Origin: Candidatus Saccharimonadales bacterium
GTDB taxonomy: Bacteria; Patescibacteriota; Saccharimonadia; Saccharimonadales; JACQNP01
Direction of reading: 5' to 3'
DNA length: 64,000 bases
NCBI GenBank assembly: GCA_046350695.1
Contig: JAXLZX010000003.1
Location: 2,236 to 66,235, forward strand
Shown: positions 53,817-63,488 of the stretch, in pieces
Numbering within the stretch: position 1 is the first letter of the stretch
Layout of the letters: each line of letters starts with the position of its first letter
The notes under the pieces: generated by a model
Database searches by the model: none
The model's input: only the letters and a program-made list of their open reading frames with translations
Told to the model about the DNA's origin: nothing
Made by a program: the position numbers and the translations under genes

Positions 53817-53950
53817 GTGACTTAGATTATATCACAACTGATATAGAACACAAGCTATTTTTATTAACCATCTCTACTGCTAAAATTAGTAATATGATAT
53901 AACTTGGCTTTTTTATAGACAGAGAATAACTTAAGAATAAAGGAATTGAG

Positions 53951-55222
53951 ATGAGAGATGTAGTAATTGAAAAAATAATAAAAGCCGAAGAAAAAAGACA
54001 AATTGAAGGACTTGAACTCATACCGAGTGAAAACTATGTAAGTGGCGATGTTCGCAAAGCTATGGGTAGTGTTCTAACCAATAAGTATTCCGAAGGCTAT
54101 CCAGGCAAAAGATACTATGGAGGGCAGGAAAACACCGACAAAATAGAACAAATTGCAATTGATCGTGCTAAGCAGCTATTTGGTGCCGATCATGCCAACG
54201 TCCAGCCACATTCCGGAGCACCAGCAAATATTGCCGTATACCAGTCTTGGCTAGAGCCCGGTGATACTGTTATGGCAATGCGTCTTGACCACGGTGGCCA
54301 CCTTACACACGGACATTCCATTACTAGTAGCGCAAAGCTATACAATTTTGTTAGGTACGGGATTAAGGATATAGAAACCGGTGAGATTGATTATGACAAA
54401 ATGTATCAAGTTGCTAAAAAAGAAAAACCAAAAATTATACTAGCAGGATTTTCTGGTTATCCAAGGAATTTAGATTATGCTAAATTTGCTGAGATTGCCA
54501 AGGAAGTTGATGCCGTGTTGATGGCTGACATGGCGCATTTAGCTGGACTAATTGCCGGTAAGGCGTTACCAAATCCGTTTGATTTTGGTTTCCATATTAT
54601 TACATCTACAACTCACAAAACTTTACGCGGGCCAAGGGGTGGCTTGATATTGAGTAAGGGCGCGGTCTCTAATCCATTGAAGGTTCCAGAAAAAACAATT
54701 GAAAATTTACCTACATTAATTGACCGAGAAGTTTTCCCGGGTTTTCAGGGGGGGCCTCATATGCATACGATTGCAGCAAAGGCTGTTGCTTTCGGTGAGG
54801 CACTTGATCCAGGTTTTGAGACATATGCCCAACAGGTGATTGCAAATGCCAGTAGATTGGCCGATGAATTAATGAGAAGAGGCTTTAAGCTAGTTACTAA
54901 TGGTACGGACAATCATCTTATACAGGTAGATATGATGACGAGTTTTGCTATAGATGGAAGGGTGGCACAGAATATACTTGATAAAGTTGGACTCAATGCT
55001 AATTGTAATGCTATTCCAAATGATAAGTTGCCACCATTCAGACCAAGTGGCCTAAGGTTGGGAACTCCAGCAATTACGACCCGTGGATTGGGCGTTGATG
55101 ATATGGAAAAGGTGGCAGAATGGATGTTGCGAACCATAAAAAGTAGAAATGATGAAGTTAAGCTAAAAGTTATAGCAAAAGAAGTTAAAGAATTCGCGAG
55201 CCAATTTCCACTACCGCGTTAA
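53951..55222 (+). CDS. glyA: serine hydroxymethyltransferase
   Basis: Motifs LELIPSENY, GYPGKRYYGG and TSTTHKTLRGPRGG (PLP Lys). Confidence 0.95.
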   Translation: MRDVVIEKIIKAEEKRQIEGLELIPSENYVSGDVRKAMGSVLTNKYSEGYPGKRYYGGQENTDKIEQIAIDRAKQLFGADHANVQPHSGAPANIAVYQSWLEPGDTVMAMRLDHGGHLTHGHSITSSAKLYNFVRYGIKDIETGEIDYDKMYQVAKKEKPKIILAGFSGYPRNLDYAKFAEIAKEVDAVLMADMAHLAGLIAGKALPNPFDFGFHIITSTTHKTLRGPRGGLILSKGAVSNPLKVPEKTIENLPTLIDREVFPGFQGGPHMHTIAAKAVAFGEALDPGFETYAQQVIANASRLADELMRRGFKLVTNGTDNHLIQVDMMTSFAIDGRVAQNILDKVGLNANCNAIPNDKLPPFRPSGLRLGTPAITTRGLGVDDMEKVAEWMLRTIKSRNDEVKLKVIAKEVKEFASQFPLPR

Positions 55223-55236
55223 TGGTAAAACTAGCT

Positions 55237-56310
55237 TTAGGGCTGACTAAACCTTCCCAACATTCTAACTTCAGGTTTTAGCTGGACATGTAGCTTGTGT
55301 TCTACTGTTTCTATAATTTCTTTCGCTACGTTGTAAATCTGTTGAGATGTTGCTCCGCCGGTATTTTCTATTTTAAGTACATGTTCGGGATGTAGACGGA
55401 CAGATCCCCAGCTCTGGCCACGATTGAACCCTGCAGCTAACAGGACATGAGCTGCCGAAATTCTAAATGAATCACCACTATGAAGTAAATTCTGGTTCAG
55501 AATTTCAGATTCAGAAACTCCGAACTCTTCCTTGGAAATTATTTTCTCTGCCTGCTCTCTCGACACCATCGGATTACGGAAGAATGAACCTGCAGTCTTT
55601 TCGTGGTCAGTTTGAGCAGGGTCTAGCAATGACCCAGCACGCTTACGAGACTCCATGATAATTGTACGTCTATTTTCTAAAGTGTCTGGTTCGATATTCA
55701 GCTCGTCACTTATCTTTAGTGCCGAAGCGTAATTAAGAAACATTGTGGAGGAGCGTTGCAATGTGAAAGCAGCTCGCGTAATTATGTGTTTATTAAGAGC
55801 CTCTGTTTGGAAATCAGAATATCTATAGCTCAGTCCCAACTGATCAGCAATAAGTCGCACTGGTTCACTAGAATTGCTTTCTGTGTCTATGGCATCTACC
55901 CAAATTAACGCATCAGACACTGACTGTCCATAAGCTGCAATATTACCTACTACGGCTGCACCTACTGAACCAGGTATACCACTCGTCAACTCCAGTCCCC
56001 ATAAACCGTTTTTAATTAACTCTCTTATTAGGTAGTCCCATTCAATTCCAGCATCAACAACCACGGTTACTGAGTTTGATTCTTCTGTTAACTCTATTTG
56101 AGAGTTTTTGAGTTGGATAGTTGTACCAGGTAGTCCCTCATCAGAAATTAGTGAATTAGCCCCTGAGCCCAATACCCACAAAGGTTTTTTGTGATTAGCA
56201 AGTATTTGGAATAACTCCTCGGTATCGTGGACCTGAATTAGTAGTTCTGCCATTCCACCTGTTCCAAAGGAGGTAATAGTTGATAGCGGGAAGTTTTCTT
56301 GGATATTCAT
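55237..56310 (-). CDS. murB: UDP-N-acetylenolpyruvoylglucosamine reductase
   Basis: FAD-binding N-domain (FGTGGMAELL, LGSGANSL) and a MurB C-domain (GSFFRNP). Confidence 0.85.
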   Translation of the reverse strand: MNIQENFPLSTITSFGTGGMAELLIQVHDTEELFQILANHKKPLWVLGSGANSLISDEGLPGTTIQLKNSQIELTEESNSVTVVVDAGIEWDYLIRELIKNGLWGLELTSGIPGSVGAAVVGNIAAYGQSVSDALIWVDAIDTESNSSEPVRLIADQLGLSYRYSDFQTEALNKHIITRAAFTLQRSSTMFLNYASALKISDELNIEPDTLENRRTIIMESRKRAGSLLDPAQTDHEKTAGSFFRNPMVSREQAEKIISKEEFGVSESEILNQNLLHSGDSFRISAAHVLLAAGFNRGQSWGSVRLHPEHVLKIENTGGATSQQIYNVAKEIIETVEHKLHVQLKPEVRMLGRFSQP

Positions 56311-56373
56311 TTATGTACATTATAACTTGGTTTTGCTTGCATGTTGCAATTTATCCGAGTAACATAATTATTA

Positions 56374-56943
56374 GTGAGTGAGATGAATAATACCAAGCAA
56401 CCTTTTGAGTCTTTGGGTCGTGAGCTAAAGAAGTTACGCAACCAACGTCAAGAAAGTCTGATTGAAGTATCTGGTGCGGTTGAGATCGAAAGTGATGAAC
56501 TATCCAAATACGAGGAGGGCAAGTCTCGTCCTAGTGAAGAAATTTTAGCGTTACTAATAAGCTATTTTGATATTAAAGAGTCAGAGTCGAAAAATCTTTG
56601 GAAGTTGGCTGGTTACGAAAATGTTGATTCACCTGAGGGTTTTACTGTGGGTGATGATTTACCTTTCCAAACCCAGCAAATCATGGTTATGCCTATGGAT
56701 GTGCGTGTCATTTATACGGACTTAGTACACGTAATGGTCAATAATTACGGGGTCGTGATTAACTTTATGCAGGGTGCAGGACCGAACAGTCAACCTATAG
56801 CTGTCTCTAGAATTGGTATGAGTAAAGAGCATGCCTACAGTTTGTTAAATGTACTCCAGGAGACACTGGAAAAGTCTTCTGAGCCAAAACAGATAAAGCA
56901 ACTTCCGGCACCCAAAAAATCTAAAAAAGAGAAAGAGAGTTAG
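56374..56943 (+). CDS. XRE-family HTH protein with C-terminal uncharacterised domain
   Basis: LGRELKKLRNQRQESLIEVSGAVEIESDELSKYEEGKSRPSEEIL is an HTH_XRE-like segment. The gene is divergent from murB. Confidence 0.55.
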   Translation: MSEMNNTKQPFESLGRELKKLRNQRQESLIEVSGAVEIESDELSKYEEGKSRPSEEILALLISYFDIKESESKNLWKLAGYENVDSPEGFTVGDDLPFQTQQIMVMPMDVRVIYTDLVHVMVNNYGVVINFMQGAGPNSQPIAVSRIGMSKEHAYSLLNVLQETLEKSSEPKQIKQLPAPKKSKKEKES

Positions 56944-57279
56944 TTGACAGAGCAAATTTCAAACACAGAAGATACAGAAACAAAATTGAGATATTCAGGG
57001 TTAAAACGGGCAGCACGTCTTGCGGGTAGGGCTGCTCTGTGTACGTTCACCGTGTGTGTTGTTGCGACTCCGTTTGTATCGCATTGGGCGAATATAATGT
57101 CTGAAGAAATACGGCCTGTTAAAGATCAGCTCGAGAATGTAGGTAATCAGGCTGGCGACCTAAGGCAGTCTTTAGATAAGGGGTTACCAAAATTATCCGA
57201 ACCGCTAGAAGGTCTTAATGATACTCTGTCTCCGCTAGCGTTTGGGGGTGAAGCTATGACCACTACTACAACTCCGTAA
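56944..57279 (+). CDS. hypothetical protein with one hydrophobic segment
   Basis: 111 aa with a TTG start directly after the upstream stop. No family recognised. Confidence 0.35.
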   Translation: MTEQISNTEDTETKLRYSGLKRAARLAGRAALCTFTVCVVATPFVSHWANIMSEEIRPVKDQLENVGNQAGDLRQSLDKGLPKLSEPLEGLNDTLSPLAFGGEAMTTTTTP

Positions 57280-57362
57280 TAATTGATATATAAAATAGTC
57301 CATCGAACCAATATCGACAAACTATCTTTATTCTGTTACGATATATATCTGTTGTTAGTTAA

Positions 57363-57439
57363 GCACCGGTAGCTCAGCGGATTAGAGCATCTGTCTTCGG
57401 AACAGAGGGTCGGGGGTTCGAATCCCTCCCGGTGTACCA
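57363..57439 (+). tRNA. tRNA-Arg (anticodon TCG), CCA encoded
   Basis: Acceptor GCACCGG/CCGGTGT (G1 opposite T72), anticodon stem TCTGT/ACAGA with loop CTTCGGA, T arm GGGGG-TTCGAAT-CCCTC. Confidence 0.85.
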
Positions 57440-57498
57440 TGTCGCTAATGCTTAAATTCCTTGTAACTGAGGAGTTTTTTTATTGGTATACTTTTTAC

Positions 57499-58143
57499 AT
57501 GAAGTTAGAAATTCCGTTTTACTCATCTTTTGCAGTTCCAGGTCACCCACTTGGCGTTCATTGTGTCGAGACATCTTTAAGGATGATACTGGGTTATTTT
57601 GAGCCAAGCGAAAGCTACAATATTGAGGACTTAGAGAAAATTTCAGGCAAACAACCAGGCAAAGGTAGTTGGAGCTTTCGGTGGTCTCTTTGGTTTGTTG
57701 AACATGGTTATGAGGTGAAGCACTACACAATTTTTGATTTCAATGCATTTATTAAAAGCGGTGTTGATTATATTCGCCAAGAGTACGGAGATGATGTAGC
57801 TAATTTTCAGGAGCAAACCTCAGACGTTGAAGGTGCGCGAAAACTTGCCAAAGACTACGTAGCGAAAATTAACATTGTTCACAAACAACCAACAATCGAT
57901 GATATTCGTTCAGAAATGAGTCGAGGATTCGTGGTTAAACCGATGGTGAACAGCATGGTTCTAAACGACAAAGAAGGGTATGAGGGGCACTCTGTAGTAG
58001 TACTCGATATTGATGATTCGCATATTCGGTTTCACGACCCAGGATTACCAGCTTTTAAGGATAGAAGAATGAGACATGCTAGGTTCCAAGAAGCTATGGA
58101 TAGTTTTGGTGGCGAGATGGACGCCATAAGGCAACATAAATAG
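57499..58143 (+). CDS. papain-fold / peptidase C39-like protein
   Basis: 214 aa counted from MKLEIPFY. A candidate nucleophile lies in GVHCVETSLRMILGYF and a later His in GYEGHSVVVLD. The ORF-track start overlaps the tRNA and is rejected. Confidence 0.35.
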   Translation: MKLEIPFYSSFAVPGHPLGVHCVETSLRMILGYFEPSESYNIEDLEKISGKQPGKGSWSFRWSLWFVEHGYEVKHYTIFDFNAFIKSGVDYIRQEYGDDVANFQEQTSDVEGARKLAKDYVAKINIVHKQPTIDDIRSEMSRGFVVKPMVNSMVLNDKEGYEGHSVVVLDIDDSHIRFHDPGLPAFKDRRMRHARFQEAMDSFGGEMDAIRQHK

Positions 58144-58173
58144 TTCTAACCGCCTGGATAATACTGTACCACG

Positions 58174-58203
58174 CATATACCCGACCAATTGGTCGGGTAT
58201 ATG
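58174..58203. terminator. 30-nt perfect palindrome between convergent genes (hairpin, no T-run)
   Basis: CATATACCCGACC-AATT-GGTCGGGTATATG. Confidence 0.4.
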
Positions 58204-58334
58204 TACCTGTGTCTCTAAAGTCCTTTTCGGTACATTTGTATATGCAAATAAATAAAATAAATAAAACAAAAGTAGACACAATACTTTAATTACAATAGTG
58301 ACAGTCGATGAAATTTTGGTAGCAGGTAGTCTAT

Positions 58335-59360
58335 TTACTTGTGGTTAGCATTTTGGTGAGGGTCTTCAACAAAAAGCGAGACCAGAACTCCAACCAGCAA
58401 TATTGAGAACAATAGACCTAGACTCAAATATATTGAGGGGTGAACGCCTAGAGGTGTAATTACCATCTTAACGCCAATCCATAATAAAATTAGTGCTAAT
58501 GACCAGTCAATTGCCCAGAATTTGGATGAAACAGAATCATAAACAAAGAAAAGTGACCTGAGGCCCAATAGTGCAAAGATATTGCTGGCATATGCAATAT
58601 AACGATCAGGGCTAACGGCCAAAACTGCCGGCACGCTATCAACGGCGAAAATAATATCGGTTAATTCGATGAGAATAATCACTCCCGCCATTAATGTGAG
58701 CATTTTTTTGCCATCAACTTTAGTTGTTAGCTTATGGCCGTCAAATTCGTGGTGGATTGGTAGGATCTTGTTAAGAATAATCCATATTTTAGAATGTTTA
58801 AAATCTTGTTTTTGAGAATGTGGTCCGTTTTTGGCATGCTCATAGGCATGCCATGCAGCACGTAGTAAAACTATACCGAAAATAATACTAACCCAGGCAA
58901 ATCTCTTAAGTAGCTCGAATCCTAGAAGTATGAATATTAACCTAAATATTATTGCCCCCGTAATTCCATAGTTAAGGATTCTGCGACGGTATTTGTTATC
59001 AACTCGGAATGCTGTAAAAATCATGCCGAAAACGAATAAGTTGTCGAGACTTAGGGCTTTTTCTATTGACCAAGCTGCTAGATATTCGGCGGCAGCTTTA
59101 TGGCTTATGAAATAATACACTGGAATAGTAAAAAGTAGAGCTAGTGATATATAAAAAACAGACCACTTAATAGCTTCGCGTACGCCAATTTTATGGTCGT
59201 GTCGCCCGTGAAATGCTTCTATAATCGCATAGAGCACGAGTATGCCAACAATTGCGACATACATAAACCAGGGCACATTATAAGAGACATGCGTTAAACT
59301 TTCCGAAGAAAATGTCGTAAAAAAATCTATCACTCGGTAACCATTATAAATTAATACCAA
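58335..59360 (-). CDS. terC: TerC-family integral membrane protein
   Basis: EKALSLDNLFVFGMIF and a second DSVPAVLAVS repeat motif. About 9 TM helices. Confidence 0.8.
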   Translation of the reverse strand: MVLIYNGYRVIDFFTTFSSESLTHVSYNVPWFMYVAIVGILVLYAIIEAFHGRHDHKIGVREAIKWSVFYISLALLFTIPVYYFISHKAAAEYLAAWSIEKALSLDNLFVFGMIFTAFRVDNKYRRRILNYGITGAIIFRLIFILLGFELLKRFAWVSIIFGIVLLRAAWHAYEHAKNGPHSQKQDFKHSKIWIILNKILPIHHEFDGHKLTTKVDGKKMLTLMAGVIILIELTDIIFAVDSVPAVLAVSPDRYIAYASNIFALLGLRSLFFVYDSVSSKFWAIDWSLALILLWIGVKMVITPLGVHPSIYLSLGLLFSILLVGVLVSLFVEDPHQNANHK

Positions 59361-59379
59361 GAATTATCTAACTGGTAGT

Positions 59380-59691
59380 TTATTTTCGAGATTTCCGCTC
59401 TTTTATGTTAATATAGCGGCGTTTTAATAGTAGGTTAGCAAAAGTTGCAAATAATCCGATACCGATTACTATCAAGATCATTGCACCCACTTTGCCAAGA
59501 TCTGTCTGAGGGGTAAAATCTCCATACCCGACAGTTGCTATTGTAACAACGCTGAAATATACAGAATCAAGCCATTTCCATCCTTCGACTTCGTGAAAAA
59601 ATAGAGTACTAAAACTGAGCAGGATAATTAGTAATACAGCTACAGCCCTGAATGCTCTTACGACCTTTTTATCTTCAATTTCATCTACCAT
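59380..59691 (-). CDS. minimal two-TM potassium channel
   Basis: 103 aa with an M1 helix, a pore helix with the TVGYGD selectivity filter, and an M2 helix. Confidence 0.8.
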   Translation of the reverse strand: MVDEIEDKKVVRAFRAVAVLLIILLSFSTLFFHEVEGWKWLDSVYFSVVTIATVGYGDFTPQTDLGKVGAMILIVIGIGLFATFANLLLKRRYINIKERKSRK

Positions 59692-60160
59692 TATTAGTAT
59701 TCTAGTTTAGAAACAAGATTGTGCAAAGCAATTACTACACTTTCTATTTTGATTTATTCACACAAAGTCTTTGAAAGTTTTAACTATTATCATTGCATGT
59801 TCGTATCTAGCTCGTACTCTTTCTTGAGCCAGTCAACAATTTGTCGAACCCTTGCATTCGGCTCCGAAAACCTAAGCTACCGTACTAGCTGACTAAAGTC
59901 TTCTAGGGCTTTTCTTGTTTTGGCGTAAATGTTATCTATGTGGGTTTGAAATAAAGTAGTTATTAACTTAATAGTTTCGCTGTGAAAGGTAAAAGATAGT
60001 TATATATGTCTTCAGCTTCCTCTAAGTTTATTTAAATAATATATGAATGTCATTCTTTGTGAGTGATAGTATGGATCGAGATATTTTTGCGAGGATTCTC
60101 GATCCGCGTACCCACCTTCTATTAACAAACAGGTAAAATTTAAGTTTTAAGAGGTTAAAA

Positions 60161-60194
60161 AACCGCCATAACTTTAGGGTGAGGGCGGTTTTTT
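60161..60194 (+). terminator. intrinsic terminator upstream of the response-regulator gene (orphan)
   Basis: AAAAAACCGCC, a 16-nt loop, then GGCGGTTTTTT. Confidence 0.55.
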
Positions 60195-60238
60195 ATTTAA
60201 GCAAATTCTCAGTTCAAAAGTGGTATTCTAAAAATAGT

Positions 60239-60922
60239 ATGAGAATTTTAGTTGTTGAAGATGAAGTAAAACTAGCAAATGTTATAAAAAAAGGATTAGA
60301 GCAAGAGTCCTTTGCGGTTGATGTTGTTTACGACGGTGATGATGGATTAGCATATGCAACTACTGAAGACTACGACCTGATAGTGTTAGACAGAATGTTA
60401 CCGGGTGATGTGGATGGTATGGGGATTTTGGAGGAAATGCGTCGTCAGTCTATTCAGACTCCGGTGATATTCCTGACAGCCAAAGATAAAACAACCGACA
60501 AGATCTATGGTCTTAATATTGGCGCCGACGATTATCTAGTAAAACCATTTGCCTTTGACGAACTAGTAGCCAGGATTAAAGCATTATTACGGAGACCCAA
60601 GAGTAATCTACCTACAATACTTGAGTACAAAGATTTAAACCTAAATCTTATAAATTATGAAGTCAGTAGGGGTGGTAAAAATATAAACTTAAGTCGAAAG
60701 GAATTCGCTCTATTAGAATATTTTATGAGAAACATTGGTCGACCCCTATCTAAAGATGCCATTATCGAGCATGTCTGGGACTTTGACGCTGACATTCTGC
60801 CGAATACCGTTGAAGTATATGTTGGCTATTTAAGAAATAAAATTGATAAACCATTTGAAGAAGATTACATAAACACAAAACGCGGATTTGGTTATGTTTT
60901 CGGCGCAGGCGGCAATGTTTAA
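60239..60922 (+). CDS. OmpR-family response regulator
   Basis: MRILVVEDE, the phospho-acceptor context LIVLDRMLPG, and a C-terminal winged helix (RGFGYVF). The start is moved out of the terminator. Confidence 0.9.
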   Translation: MRILVVEDEVKLANVIKKGLEQESFAVDVVYDGDDGLAYATTEDYDLIVLDRMLPGDVDGMGILEEMRRQSIQTPVIFLTAKDKTTDKIYGLNIGADDYLVKPFAFDELVARIKALLRRPKSNLPTILEYKDLNLNLINYEVSRGGKNINLSRKEFALLEYFMRNIGRPLSKDAIIEHVWDFDADILPNTVEVYVGYLRNKIDKPFEEDYINTKRGFGYVFGAGGNV

Positions 60923-61922
60923 ACAGACAACATTTAGGTTGACAGGCCTATATGTTCTGGTCCTTTTTTTAATATGCGGATTTTTTAGCACGACACTTTA
61001 CAGAGTGTACATTCAGCAGTTAAATAGTAGTTACAATCGTCAAATGGGAATTATTGGCTCTACCCCAGAACTTAGCTATTTATTAAATAGTAGTAAATTT
61101 AGAGCTTCTATACAGGATTCATATAATAAGGCTACCGACGAAATCATCAAGAATTTATTCTTGATGAATATGTTTGTTATGAGCTTGGGTGGCATCCTGA
61201 GCTATTCATTAGCCAAGAAGACACTAGAACCAATTGAAAGGGTGCATCAGTCACAGGCAAGATTTTCGTCCGATGCTTCACACGAACTCAGAACTCCAAT
61301 TAGTGTAATGAGAACCGAAATTGAAGTTGCGTTAAAGAATAAAAGCCTAAGTTTGAATGATGCCAAAGAAGTGTTAACTAGCAACCTGGAAGAAGTTGAT
61401 AGGCTATCCAGGATGATTGATACACTACTGAGTTTGTCTAGGTTGCAGGCAGAAGAGGTGCAATTGACAAAATTTAGTTTAAATAAATTGTCTGACGAAA
61501 TTATTTCAGATTACGCAAATCTATCAAAAGGAAAAGACATAAAGATCGTCAAAGATCTAGAACTAATTACTATGAAAAGCAACAAAGACTACTTAGGTCG
61601 GGCGATATCAATTTTAATCGATAATGCAATTAAATACAGTCCGGAAGGTTCAACTGTAACAATAAAATCATCGATTGAGTCAAATCATAAAGTACATATT
61701 TCGGTTACAGACCAGGGCTCTGGAATTAAGCCAAAGGACCAAGCAAAAATTTTCGATAGATTTTATCGTGGTGAAGAATCGCGTACAAAAAATAATGTTG
61801 ATGGTGTTGGCCTTGGTCTGTCACTAGCTAAGGAGATCGTTACTAGATTAAAAGGCCAGATTGTTTTACAGGAGACATCAACTAAGGGGTCGACTTTTGC
61901 TATTTACCTGCCTAAAGCTTAG
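60915..61922 (+). CDS. sensor histidine kinase
   Basis: Two TM helices, an H-box SHELRTPIS, an N box DNAIKYS and G boxes DQGSGI / GLGLSLAK. The ATG overlaps the regulator stop (ATGTTTAA). Confidence 0.88.
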   Translation: MFKQTTFRLTGLYVLVLFLICGFFSTTLYRVYIQQLNSSYNRQMGIIGSTPELSYLLNSSKFRASIQDSYNKATDEIIKNLFLMNMFVMSLGGILSYSLAKKTLEPIERVHQSQARFSSDASHELRTPISVMRTEIEVALKNKSLSLNDAKEVLTSNLEEVDRLSRMIDTLLSLSRLQAEEVQLTKFSLNKLSDEIISDYANLSKGKDIKIVKDLELITMKSNKDYLGRAISILIDNAIKYSPEGSTVTIKSSIESNHKVHISVTDQGSGIKPKDQAKIFDRFYRGEESRTKNNVDGVGLGLSLAKEIVTRLKGQIVLQETSTKGSTFAIYLPKA

Positions 61923-62190
61923 GTGCAGAATCTAATTGGTTAACTATCTTCTCAACAAAGGGGCCAATTAATGGTACATCATCAAAAAGCCCGAGAATAC
62001 CAATGATTATGGCAATAACTAGGGTACCAGCAAGAAAAATCCCCAGGCCATAAGCCAAGCCCCTGAGAAAGCTAAACCATAAAACTTTTGGTGCGCCTGA
62101 GGTATTTGCCAAATATGTGTCTTCAAGGAGTTTACCAATAGCTTCGTACTCTGCCTTTGTCCTACGGTTTAATTCGGGTTTAGTTGGCAT
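61912..62190 (-). CDS. small membrane protein (DUF5665-like)
   Basis: 92 aa with two adjacent TM helices after a charged N-terminus. Confidence 0.4.
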   Translation of the reverse strand: MPTKPELNRRTKAEYEAIGKLLEDTYLANTSGAPKVLWFSFLRGLAYGLGIFLAGTLVIAIIIGILGLFDDVPLIGPFVEKIVNQLDSAPKL

Positions 62191-62216
62191 GAGTATATTC
62201 TAGTACAATTGTTCAT

Positions 62217-63484
62217 ATGATTAATAACTTTTCTGAATTAAATATGTATTTGGAACAGTTCCTACCAGGATCTATCCTGAATGGCGATTTTTATAATCCA
62301 GACCGAATGACTGACCTATTACCTTTGGTTGGAAATCCAGAAAAGGAATACGAGGTTATCCATGTCGCAGGCACATCAGGTAAAACATCAACCTGTTACT
62401 ACATTTCCGAACTGCTCGGGGCTCATAATACCAAAGTTGGGTTGTCGGTGTCGCCTCATGTCATCCAAATAAATGAGCGGTTACAAATAAACGGTGTTCC
62501 CTTGGAAGAGCGAAAAATGTGTGAATTATTTAGCGAGTTGGTTTCCACTCCGGGATTAGTTGAACTGAAACCAACTTACTTTGAACTTCTGACTGTCTTT
62601 AGTTTTTGGGCATTTGCCAAGCTCGAATGTACTCATGTAGTCATAGAAGTTGGACTGGGTGGGCTAAAAGATGCTACAAACGTTGTCGAGTCAAAAAACA
62701 AGATATCTGTTGTTACAGATATTGGTCTAGATCATACCAGGATACTTGGAGATACCATAGAAAAGATTGCTCATCAAAAAGTAGGGATAATAAAACCCAA
62801 TAATCATGTTTTTGCTTATGATCAAGAAGAATCGGTTATGGAGATAATGCGTGAAGCTTGTAAGCAAAACAAAGCCGTGCTACATAACTATACACAGGAA
62901 AACCTAGAACAATGCGCAAGTTTTTTGGCACATTTACTCTTATATCAAAAGAGAAATTGGTTACTAGCAAAACAAGTTTCTGATTATGTTGCGGAAAGAG
63001 ATGGTCTATCAAAAATTGGTAGTGATCAACTATTGCAAACTCAAGGAGTGAGCATTCCGGGTAGAATGCAGATTATGAATATTGCAGAAAAGATAATTAT
63101 TCTTGATGGTGCTCATAACCCACAAAAACTAACTGCATTTTGTTCAAGTCTTAGAAATGAGTTTCCGAATGCTAAAATCAAGGCTTTAATTGCCTTCTCG
63201 CAGGCTAAGCAGGAAACTTTAGAAAAATCTGTTAAATTGATTGCCGGAATAACAAGTAATGTAATATGTACTGAGTTTTCTGCTACTACAAACTTACCTC
63301 ACATACCCGTGACTGTATCAAACCTGGCGCAAGTTGCCAAAATCGCGGAATTGATGATGTTGTTCTGCAGAGTGACCCACAAAAAGCATACAATCTACTT
63401 ATTGAAGACGATGATAATGTAGATATTAGGATTATTGTCGGTTCATTTTATTTAATAGCCACTTTATTCGAGAAAATATCATAA
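62217..63484 (+). CDS. folC: folylpolyglutamate synthase / dihydrofolate synthase (Mur-ligase family), reading frame broken near 63347
   Basis: P-loop HVAGTSGKTST. The annotated frame ends at 63422 with an implausible tail (...ELMMLFCRVTHKKHTIYLLKTMIM). The other frame from about 63347 reads IDDVVLQSDPQKAYNLLIEDDDNVDIRIIVGSFYLIATLFEKIS*, the canonical family C-terminus, and ends 4 nt before the DHFR start. Confidence 0.75.
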
Positions 63485-63488
63485 AATC

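Noticed and set aside
58335-59900. A yybP-ykoY (Mn2+) riboswitch upstream of the K+ channel-terC operon.
   Set aside because: TerC genes are often controlled by this riboswitch. Reading the minus strand of 59692-59900, I could not find its conserved core elements.
59780-60060. A degraded toxin-antitoxin (ParE/RelE-like) gene on the minus strand, with fragments such as ...EAEDIYNYLLPFTAKLLS* and ...IDNIYAKTRKALEDFSQLVR*.
   Set aside because: The resemblance is vague and the frames are short with many stops. It is kept only as gene debris within the intergenic-region finding.
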